64,000 bases of DNA from Macrostomum lignano (taxonomy: Eukaryota), in contig NIVC01000090.1 of NCBI GenBank assembly GCA_002269645.1, positions 62,001 through 126,000 of the forward strand. The letters run 5' to 3'. The notes below the pieces were generated by a model. That model did no database searches, was not told the DNA's origin, and was given only the letters and a program-made list of their open reading frames with translations. The position numbers and the translations under genes were made by a program. This document shows positions 44,847 to 55,700 of this stretch, piece by piece (the first letter of the stretch is position 1; the number at the start of each line of letters is the position of its first letter).

Positions 44847-47148
44847 GCATTTTTCCTTTGCAAGGCAAAAAATAGGACAGCCAAAAACTTTCTCGAAAGT
44901 GGAAGCCGTCAGTTGTGCACCCAGTCTTATTTCTGTCTCTCGAGATTCAACCCAACCCTGCCCAGGTTGGCCCATAGACGACTATTTGCTTCATAAATTC
45001 TTGCGAGAAAGTCTTGCAAGCCAAGAAAACTTAATTCATGTCTTTTGCAGATTTTCTTAGCTTGAGAGAATTTCTACGCGCAAAAATCTCGACAGTTAAG
45101 AAAATATTTTCCTTTTTTTCTTGGCTTACAAAAATTTCTGCCGAGATTTTCTCGATTTTTATTAATAGCTACCGTCCATTATCTTCGTCTCTATCTCTTA
45201 GTTTTTTATACGCGTTCGTTGGTTCAAAATATTTATCGAGGAATTAATTAAGCAATCTGTTAGTTAACTCTGAGGGACAATCTTTCTTTGGTGAATTTTC
45301 CAAATCAGGACTTTAGCTACGGTTTGAAAAAGCAAACCAAGGTAAAAGTGATATGTGAATTTTGGAACAGCTGATCACAAGGCGTCTATGTGACGATCAC
45401 AAACCTCTGCTTCTATTAACGATTTTTTGAAAGAATAAGATTCTCACAAATTTATGCAGTGAATCAGAGTTTATATTGAGACATTTTGAAAGAAATGCTG
45501 ACGATTGTAAATATATTAAACTCGTAGCGTAAAGCGCAAGCAAAGCAAGATGAAAAAAGCGAATCATCCTGCTACAGCATTCTCGTATTACTTCAGTATT
45601 TAGCAACTCTTTGCATGCTTCAAAATGCTCGAGTATACTGGAAACCGAGCTACTGGAAACCGTCTAAATTAAATTGGTTTGCTAGCTCACCTTACTTGTG
45701 AAATCGAATGATTGTGGTTGTGACTGGGAATGGCTTACAACAATTAATGAAACAGATTTAATTAGCTATACGATAAAATCCACGCCACTAAAAAGCAAGC
45801 ATCTACTGGCAAAGTTTTTGCAACAAACCTGCGTCGAAGTGGCTGCTCAACGACGCGATAATTTACAAAGTGTTCGGTCGAATTTCGTGCACTGTTCATG
45901 ATTGGCTGCAGAAAAATGTTGATACAGTTAATACTAATAGCACGCAACTTTCCAACTAGTAATTTAATGGCATTCATCGAATTGAAAAAGTAAAAAAAGC
46001 ATACATTTTTAGACTATGCTTTTTTACGAGTATTTACCTAAACAGTGAGAATTTTCCGAAAGTCACACATTACTCTTAATTTTTTATGACGAATGTAATT
46101 ACTCGTAGTGTCAAATATCGCAAGCCCAATAAAATTTTTACTAGTATAAAAGTATAAAACTTTCCTTTGTCTTCAATATTTCAATACAAAGTAAATTAAG
46201 GAATTAAAATATGTAAAATGCAAAATCAGTCATAAAAATCTTTCCTACCTTCTTGTAATAAGTTGGGATGACATTTAGTTCAGCTGCAGCAAGTAACAAG
46301 GCTAATTAAATAAATTATATGCACATGGTAATTCTTGTACGGAAAAAGCTCTAAATAAACGAAACTAAAATTTACCTGACGCAACAACTAAATAATTTTC
46401 TTTTTTGTACAAAGACCCACGGTAAAAATGAACAGTAACAAATATAAAATATCAGATTGTTAGTTTAAAAAACTATGCCTACGGCAAAAATAAAGCTGTA
46501 AAAATTGTTTTAACGTACAACTTTTTGCGCTCGTTCAAACCGACATATCATGTTTCTGAGAAAGTACGCACGCACACAACACACAAAGCCAGATTGTTAT
46601 TGATTGTTATGGCCTGGACCTAAGCCGCAATGCGCAATGAATTGGCTAATTAAGAAGACTTCAACGAGTCATAATCTAGTCATTTTATTCAATTTCTTAC
46701 TTATTATAAATGAGACGTGTATTAGACGATAGACGTTTATTCATTTTTTCTTCTGGTTGAAGTTAAAGGCCTACTACTGCCATACTGGCATTATGTTCTA
46801 CTTCTAGGCCTATTAATTGTTGGGCAATGCTGCAATGCATATTGCTATAAAGGAAAATAGCCAACTGTTCTGACTTGTATATATATTTAAATTAATTCAA
46901 TTGTAAGCCTATTCAACTTAGAAACATTTAGATAGAAGCCTTAACTCAAGGCTTGTGCTAGTAAAACTATAAAAGTTGTTGTCAGAATAAGTTGTTGACT
47001 TATAAGTCCTTATTCTGTAAGTAATGTAGGGTGTATCTAAATGTAAATTATAGTACCTAGCTAATCCTTATAATTAAATAGGCCTAAAAACAAAACAATT
47101 CATAAGGATTTTAAGGCTAGGCTTGTTGTGTAGGCTGTTTTTATGATA

Positions 47149-47601
47149 GGCAGTTGTTATTTGTCCGGTGAATGGACAAATAGCGATGTGGTTATTTGTC
47201 CGGTTACTGGATACTAACCATGCTTTCCAATTTATTTGGTTAATACCGGACAAATAGACATTTTGTTATTTGTCCAGTTAAATTGATAATGCTAAAATAT
47301 CTAGTTCATAAAAACCACAAGGTTAAATATTCCTAGACTTCAAAGACTTCTTACTCATATCTTGATTATTAGGGGCCTATATTGTTATACTAGTGTGTGT
47401 CTTATACATCAAATTATGCCAAATTGAATATACTGCTTTGCTTACACTCTAATATATAAGAAAATATTAATCAGTATATAAGAAAAGGTCTTAAAATCTA
47501 GAATATTCATCATTAAACAAATAAGATACTTGTGTTAGCAATTTAACCGGACAAATAGCAAAAAGGCTATTTGTCTAATCACTGGACAAATAACAACTGC
47601 C
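47149..47601. mobile_element. Mutator(MULE)-type MITE
   Basis: 36-bp TIR GGCAGTTGTTATTTGTCC..., perfect 9-bp TSD TTTATGATA (47140-48, 47602-10), internal TTATTTGTCCRG subrepeats. Confidence 0.85.
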
Positions 47602-49070
47602 TTTATGATATTATTGATAGTTGCTTCCATGTATATATAGTATAGGCATAGCCATAAATATAATAGGCCTAGTATGATTTTTTATCTTTAGTAACTTGGA
47701 CTTTTTCTAAAAATCAAATAGTTTTTATCCATAAATTGCACCTAAAATTTAGCTATGGCTAGGCCTAATGATGACTAATGATTAGGCCTAATCTTTATTT
47801 AGTTTATTGCAACATTAGCTAATTGACATGGTCTATTGCTCCTATTTATCATTTAATTCTTAAATAACTACTAACTTATAAGATTACTAAGTGAAGATAT
47901 AAATATAAATAAGTAGGCCTAAACCTAATAATTTACAAAAATCTTTATCATAATATCAAAAATGAATATATCTATTGTCTATAAAAAATTTAAAGCCTAA
48001 ATTAAAATGCTGAATAGAATTTATATATATAAAATCATTATTTGAATTAGTCGGGTATTTTATTATCTTGGCCATTTAGTATATTTAGGCTTATTTATTT
48101 AGATCTAGAGGTTGGACAAGATCTGCCAATTGATATTTCAAGATGCCAAGTGCCAAGAATCCAAGAAAATTAACTCATTAAAGTGGTACCTATATTAAGG
48201 AATTTAGCCAAGTGTTTAAAAAATAAAGCACTCCAAATTTTGGTGTTATGATTTAAAGGCTATGATTTTTTACTTTTGTTTTTCAAATATACATATAGTT
48301 GTACCAAGAGAACTGCTATTTTTAGTTTTCAGCTTTGTCTAATATGAATACGGTACTTAAAATCTCTATCAAATATTATATCATATTGTCAACAAAATGT
48401 TAAATTTGTAAAAATCCTGAAAATTTAAGGAATTGTCCAACAGAAAATGTCAAATCGCCCTATTTAGATCATATTCATAATAGCCTAAGATAGTTTTTTT
48501 AGAGTTACTTTTGTTATATATATTTTTATATATATGTTACCAATTTCAAATCTAATAGATTTAGACCTACATTTGATAATTTGTAAGCCTAATATACAAA
48601 GAGTATATGAAGAAAAATCAAGTGTTTTATTGTTTATAACAATATTAAAATACAATAATTATGTTTTAGTAGTATAGTATATAAATGCATAACTTCTGAA
48701 TTAAATAGATTAGGTATTTATAAGTAAGGCCTAAGTGCAAATTCTAATTGCCCATCATTTATGTTGTCTCATTTCACTTCTATTTGTAAAAAATATAAGT
48801 AGAATCATTATATTACATCATTATACTATGTTATTATTATAGAAAGCTTTAATTAAAATAAAAAATGCTTATCAGTATTTTAATTTTATATAATGTATAT
48901 AGTTATATAATATAGAGAATTTAAAAAAACTTAAATTATCTATGTTGTATTCAATTTTTTATTCTATTTTGATATATATTATGTTATATATGTTATTATA
49001 TATATAGCATTGTTATTTATACTTGCTTAATGGGTTGTTGCCTAGTGAAAATGTTTTTAGCCTAGTAAGA

Positions 49071-49320
49071 GGGTTGTAGTCTAGTGGTTAAAGCATTAGA
49101 CATTACTTGAAGGTTGGGAGATTGATTCTTAGCTATAAAATTAACCTAGCTATAAAATGGGTATCAATATTAGCTAGGGTATTTAAGGATATCTATGGTG
49201 ACCTAGTCCTTAGACTAAACAGCTATATGCAGCCTTTAGATATAGTGCACAAAGGTTGCAACTAAGCTGTTGGTTGCATATCTGGCCTAATTGAAGCAAG
49301 TGTAAACAATTATTATTATT
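49071..49320 (+). mobile_element. Hypermutated copy of CORE-SINE family B
   Basis: Colinear with 28884-29190 and 60545-60842 (head, CAGCTGTAAAATGGG to TAGCTATAAAATGGG, ATT tail); differences mostly C>T/G>A. Confidence 0.85.
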
Positions 49321-50472
49321 ATATATGCTAAAGATATACAACTATAGCTTAATGGTCTAATATAGTATTCTTATATATTAGTGGTCTATATGTGGCGTAA
49401 ATTAGAATCTTGGCTTATATCTACTAATGTCCTTAGGTCAAATCTCAAAGGCACAATGAAATGTATATGGCTAATGGTATATAAAATTAGAGGCATATAT
49501 ACTCTTGTATAAATGTATGCCTACTATCAAAGTGGGAAAAGGTCACATTAGTCATTTTGCCAATTGTATACAATGTCACTTAAACTGTATTAGGGTGCAT
49601 ATAGCCTTTTGCTTCTAACTAAAATAAGCTTAGGATATTTTAGTATGATTGTCTTTCAATCATATAAATATAAGAATTATGTATCTTTTATGTAATTCTT
49701 TTTAGCCTATCTTTTAGGCTATCTTACTATTAAATAAAAATGCTAAGTAGCTTTTGTATACTAATAAGCTATCAAAATATAGGTATTTTTTCAAATGACT
49801 AAAATTTTAATTTAAATTATTGAGACTTTGTAGTTAACAAAAATAGCAATCTAACTTGTTTTTTTGCTAGTTAAAATTAACATATAATATAGTTTAAAAT
49901 TTTTATAAATGATGTTAATAGACAATTTTTAAAGATTTAATAGCTTAATTTTTGAGGTGCCATGGAATCCTGGATTTAGAACCCCTAATGCTAGATAGAT
50001 ACCCTGTTTTTTCTAAAAGGTGTCAACCTTACTAAACCTGTAACAAATGAAACTATCAAGAACAAATATCATATTAAACTAGAAATAAAACTGTAAAATC
50101 TAAATTAAACCATTTTTTTGTTTGAATGCAAATTGCAAATATATTTTTTTCTAAAATTCTAAATTCTTTTCATCTGATTTTGAAATATTTCTTTTTTATT
50201 TTATTTTGAAGCTCTGAAATTTAGGGGCAAATAAAAATGAATTAGTATTGACAACTTGAGTGTCTTGTCTTGACAAATGGCAATAAAAGTTGGTGTCATA
50301 TATTTGTTAGGAATTTAGAAAGATAGAAATTTTCCTAATTTCAAACTTTCTGATTGATGCCACCTAGCATCCTGGTTTTTAGTTTTGCATTGGGGTTTTG
50401 GACCCTAGATTCCAAATGGCACTGCAATTTTGACAAAACCTAATTTAATAATGTACTTATAAATCTATTATC

Positions 50473-51120
50473 AAGGACAACTTAAATAAGATAGGGAAAA
50501 TGCACTATAGAGATAGGAAGTTTTCATTTTTCAGCACAAAAATTGTTATTGCTTTTTATTGGAGGCAGATCCTATGTTTATCTTTCAATATGTTGTGCCT
50601 TTCTTATTGCTCTATGAATATTAATAAAGCTTTTCATTCAGAAAATTAGGATTCTATGTTAATTTATTATTCTACATACATTTCCTATACCTAACAATCA
50701 TAAAAAGGCATGGCACAGCTCCAATCTTAGGTTTTATGAATCTATTTTATCATCTCTGTTGCAAATATCTGTTATACAGTCAGCTAAGAATGATAAAATA
50801 GACTCAAAAACCAAAGAGCCAAGCTGTGCTATTTTAATGGTTTTTAGGCACAAGACATTTGCAAATGTATGTAGAATAAAAATTAACATAGAGTCCTAAT
50901 TCTTTAAACAAAAAGCTTTATGGATATCAATAGAGCAATAAGAGAGGCACTGCATATCAAAAGATGAACACTGGATCTGCCTCCTATCAAAAGCAATAGC
51001 AATTTATGTGCTGAAAAAATGAAAACTTCCTATCTCCGTAGTGTATTTTTTTCGGGAAAGCCTGCCTTCTAAAATTTTCTAAGAAACAAGCTTTCCCATT
51101 CTTCTACTTAAGTCGTCCTT
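50473..51120. repeat. ~650-bp imperfect palindrome (foldback/MITE-like)
   Basis: Left arm AAGGACAACTTAA..GAGATAGGAAGTTTTCATTTTTCAGCAC.. aligns to the reverse complement of the right arm over >250 bp. Confidence 0.85.
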
Positions 51121-51639
51121 GTCTATTTCTATTATATGCTCCTACAAGTAGAATGAACATATCCATATTTATACCAATAAAAACAAAACCAATAATTATT
51201 TTCATGTACTGAATTACTAAAAGTAGTATGATCGCTAAATAGCTATTTTTTATTCCTAGCATATGCTGTTAGTAGATCTTTAGATGTAATTTTTTTGTTA
51301 TCTATGGTTGATTTTTTTCATCTATATTTAGTAAATTCAGATTGGGTTTTTTACTTCAATAAAGTTTCCTAATTTAGATTGGGTAGGTCTTCCTTGCTAG
51401 GCTTTTCTTTGTAGATCTAAAGTGCAAATTTTTCTTTTCTCCCATAAGCAATACATTTTTTGTCTACTATAAACATTGTCTCTTGCTTTTCTGATTTCTG
51501 TCCTGCCTTCTTGGCCATTTCTTTCTTTCTTTTTCCCGTCTTGTATATACAAGCTTTTCACTTCCATCCCTGCTGTGACCTGATCTGGCTGGTTCATGGA
51601 CTTCTAGACACAGATGCCTGGAATGACATCCCTTTGATA

Positions 51640-52100
51640 ACGTTACCGTGACAAGAATCGCTAAAGAGTCATTGCAAACACCTCACTAGTGACTCTAGCG
51701 ACTCTGCAGCGACTATTGTGACTTTTTAACGACTCAAACAAATGTAATAGCGGCGAATGTTAAGCCACGAGTGCATTACGTGATTTCCACAGTCATTGTG
51801 TTAGTGCTTAACTTCTACTATCTCGAGTAGACTAAATAGAGTTGTTATAAATGCAAAATGCGATTCAAATTCATCAAGTGACGCAGGTGCACTTTAGACG
51901 CAACTTAGTGATTCTACAGCGTCTCTAGCATGCCTCAGATACAACTGTACGGCCCCAGAGTCATTTTAGAATCGCCTCAGGCTCAAAGTCCCAGACAATT
52001 AAACGTCTCAAATTGACTGTTAGGCGAATCTTTGATGACTTTTTGGCGACTTGTACAGTGACATCTCATCGTTTAAGAGTCGTCTAGAGTCACTTCTTTC
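51640..52100. mobile_element. Unclassified dispersed repeat, copy 1
   Basis: Shares GTTACCGTGACAA..AATCGCTA, AAATGC..ATTC.AATTCAT.AAGTGACGCAG and GTCGTCTAGAGTCACTTCTTTCCT with 61817-62200. Confidence 0.7.
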
Positions 52101-52772
52101 CTATTTTAATGTTACTTGCAACTTTTAATGTTACTTTTTTCAATTGGACATCCCTTCATTACAGAACCCAAGCGTCTGAAGCCTATTAATTTTTTTTATT
52201 AGAATAGAGACTTTCGTAGCTAAACGCTTTATGGTTTGTCAAAGTTGGTTAAACACATTCTAGGAAAAGGTTCCAATCTAGTCTAGATATCTATATTTAG
52301 AACTCCACGACTAGCAGCGCCCTCCCCGCTTTCGGGAGTGAACAGAAGAAATCTTCTAGACTGTGCAAAAGTTAGTTTGGAATGTGCGCGCACGGCTTCA
52401 TAGCAGGGCGATGTTGGTCTGAAGTTTTTTTGCCCTTTTCGATTTTCGGGACTTTACGGATATAGCCTAGCGAACTGTTGCTTTGGGGGCGAGGGGGCAG
52501 GTAGGGGCGATGATTTTTTTACGCAAGAAAACTTCCTCTTTTCTAGAGGCTTGATGTATAATAGTAATATTATCCAACAAGCTGATTGGGCCTTGGCTCT
52601 AGGATAACTCATTGGCTGTTGAAATCTATACTTATAGCTACTACTAGGCAACTATCACTCCTTTTTGACATCCATATTTCAGCAGTAGAGGCGTCTGAAT
52701 AGCTGAAATTTATTATGGCTTAAATAGTATAAATACAATACTAATCAATTGCCATATAGAATACGAGTAGCA

Positions 52773-55700
52773 ATGCCTGGATTAGTGCTGTTTAAGCGAA
52801 GATGGTCCATTGGATCCGACGATATTGTTGTACCAGCGGCGCTGCTTTTCTGCTGTCATCTGATTCAGTGAGTTTGACTAGTAGCATTTTTTAAATAATA
52901 GAAGTGAATTCATTTACCCTACTTCATTCTAAGAATCGCTTCTCAGTCCATTCTAGGAATCGCTCCTAAACTTTTCTTAGAAATCGCCCCTAAACTCATT
53001 CTTTAAATTGCTCCTGAACATATTCTAAAAAATCGCTTCTAAACCCATTCTAAAAATCTGTTCTTAACTCATTCCAAGAAATCCTTCTAAACTCATTCCA
53101 AGAAATCCTGCTAAACTTATTCTAAGAAATCGCATCTAAACTGATTCTAAGAAATTGCATCAACTCATTCTAAGAAATTGCATCTAAACTCATTCTAAGA
53201 AATCGCTCCTAAACTCATTCCAAGAAATCCTTCTAAACTCATTCTAAGAAATTGCATCTAAACTCATTCTAAGAAATCGCTCCTAAGCTCATTCCAAGAA
53301 ATCCTTCTAAACTCATTCTAAGAAATTGCATCTCAATTCATTTTAAAAAATCGTTTTTAAATTATTTCGAAGAAATTGCTCATAAACTCAATATTTTCAA
53401 TCGCTTCTTAACCCATTCTTAGAAATCGCTTCTGAATCCATTTTAAGAATCTGTTAAGAACTCATTCTCAGAAATCGCTCGTAAACTTATTCTAAGAAAT
53501 CTCTTCTTTCGCATTCTGAGAATCACTAATAAAGTCATTCTAAGAATCGCTGCTAAACCCATTGCTCACAAGTACATCCACAAAAGTTAATTTGATGCAA
53601 ATCATAATATAATAAACTAAACAGATCAGCCGTAATGCTATCAGTGCTACTAATTTATAATCCAATGACGGATTCTTCAACTGAAGAGTTCTCATCAGCG
53701 CCAACCACATCGGGCACAGTTCTGCCGGCTGAAGATCGTGTCAATTCAACTATAGCAACAACTACAGCAGTGAATGGATTAGAATTGGTCAATAGGAGCG
53801 TGTCCGAATGGGGCCGCACTGTGCTTAGCGGTTATTTTTATAGTCAGCATTCAGCTTGGCCCAGTATAATTAATACTTGCCAGTTCTCTGTGTACACTTT
53901 GATCTATTTAGTACTGCTGTTGGCCTGTTTGTTTGTTGAATTCGCCTGCGCTAAGTGCAGCTTGAGAGGCGGAATATTGGCAGTTGATAGAAGATCGATT
54001 GTTCAATGTTTGCTCTACGTTAGGCTGGGTGAGTTTTTTCTTGAGCTCGTAATTATGCTTTGCTTTGATTGACTTTTTGTGACTGTCTTTCTCTGTCCTA
54101 CTCACTCCTCTCTCTCCCCCTATCCTTCATCTCCTCTCTCCCCCTATCCTTCATCTCCTCTCTCTCCCCTTATCCTTCATCTCCTCTCTCCCATACTCTC
54201 TCCCTTCCTCTCCCTTCCTCTCCCTTCCTCTCCCTTCCTCTCTCCCGTACTCTCTCCCTTCCTCTCTCCCGTACTCTCTCCCTTCCTCTCTCCCGTACTC
54301 TCTCCCTTCCTCTCTCCCGTACTCTCTCCCTTCCTCTCTCCCGTACTCTCTCCCTTCCTCTCCCCCGTACTCTCTCCCTTCCTCTCTCCCGTACTCTCTC
54401 CCTTCCTCTCTCCCGTACTCTCTCCCTTCCTCTCTCCCGTACTCTCTCCCTTCCTCTCTCCCGTACTCTCTCCCTTCCTCTCTCCCGTACTCTCTCCCTT
54501 CCTCTCTCCCGTACTCTCTCCCTTCCTCTCTCCCGTACTCTCTCCCTCTCCCCCGTACTCTCTCCCTTCGTCTCCATCTCCCTCTCCCTTCGTCTCCCTC
54601 TCCCTTCCTCTCTCCCTTTCCCTCTTCCTTCCTCTCTCTCTTTTCTCTCCCTTCGTGTCTTCTTTCAAAGCTTATTGAACGCTTACTTTACCGCTACCTT
54701 GAAAAAGCAAAAGATTGAAGCCCTTTCGAATCAGAAAAGAATCCCCCAGTGTATCCGGTATCTTAGGATAATTAATTAGCTCAAATAGATTTATTTATGC
54801 GCGGCAGATTCGTTTGAAAGCAAAGCAAAACGAATCTGCTGACTCGCTCGCCCACTTACACTCTGTGATCTGATCTAATAACGACAGGCGCTTTCCTGCC
54901 TCTCCGCCTCTCGCCCTCGCCCTCGCCCTTATCCTATTTTCCTGACGCATTAACAAGAAGCATTAGTTAGTTTATATATATGTATATATGCGCGAGTATT
55001 TTTATATTCTAAAAAAGGCACTCGGAAGTTGCCAAAAAGGCTATGCTGATGTGTAGCATGAATACTGTTGTATTTTTATTATCTACCAGAGCTGACCGTG
55101 TGTTAATTATATTGATCGTATAATAGCGTGATTGGATACAATTTACAGCAGCTCTTGACGCTCGAGACTGTAAACTAGTATTTGGGACACTTCACCATCC
55201 ATTCTGTGCAGAATCTGCATATAAAAAAGCTTTTATGTATTTATCTTTAATTACCTTTTTACGTGTTTGGAGAGTGTATTATGATAATGTGATTAATGTC
55301 TGCCTGTATATGCGTCTGTCTGTAGATCTGTAGAAGATATTTCTGTCTGTAGGTCTGTAGACCTGTCTGTAGATCTGTAGACTTGTCTGTCTGTAGACCT
55401 GTCTGTCTGTAGATCTGTAGACCTGTCTGTCTGTGGATCTGTAGACCTGTCTGTCTGTGGATCTGTAGAATATATGTCTGTCTATAGATCTGTAGACCTA
55501 TCTGTCTGTAGATCTGTATATCCGTAGACCTGTCTGTCTGTAGATCTGTAGAATATATGTCTGTCTATAGATCTGTAGACCTATCTGTCTGTAGATCTGT
55601 ATATCCGTAGACCTGTCTGTCTGTAGATCTGTAGAATATATGTCTGTCTATAGTTCTGTAGACCTATCTGTCTGTAGATCTGTAAATCTGTAGACCTGTC

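Noticed and set aside
45397-45977. Two ~70-aa minus-strand ORFs upstream of the CCDC154-like gene
   Set aside because: Could be upstream exons, but I could not join them in phase or recognise homology.
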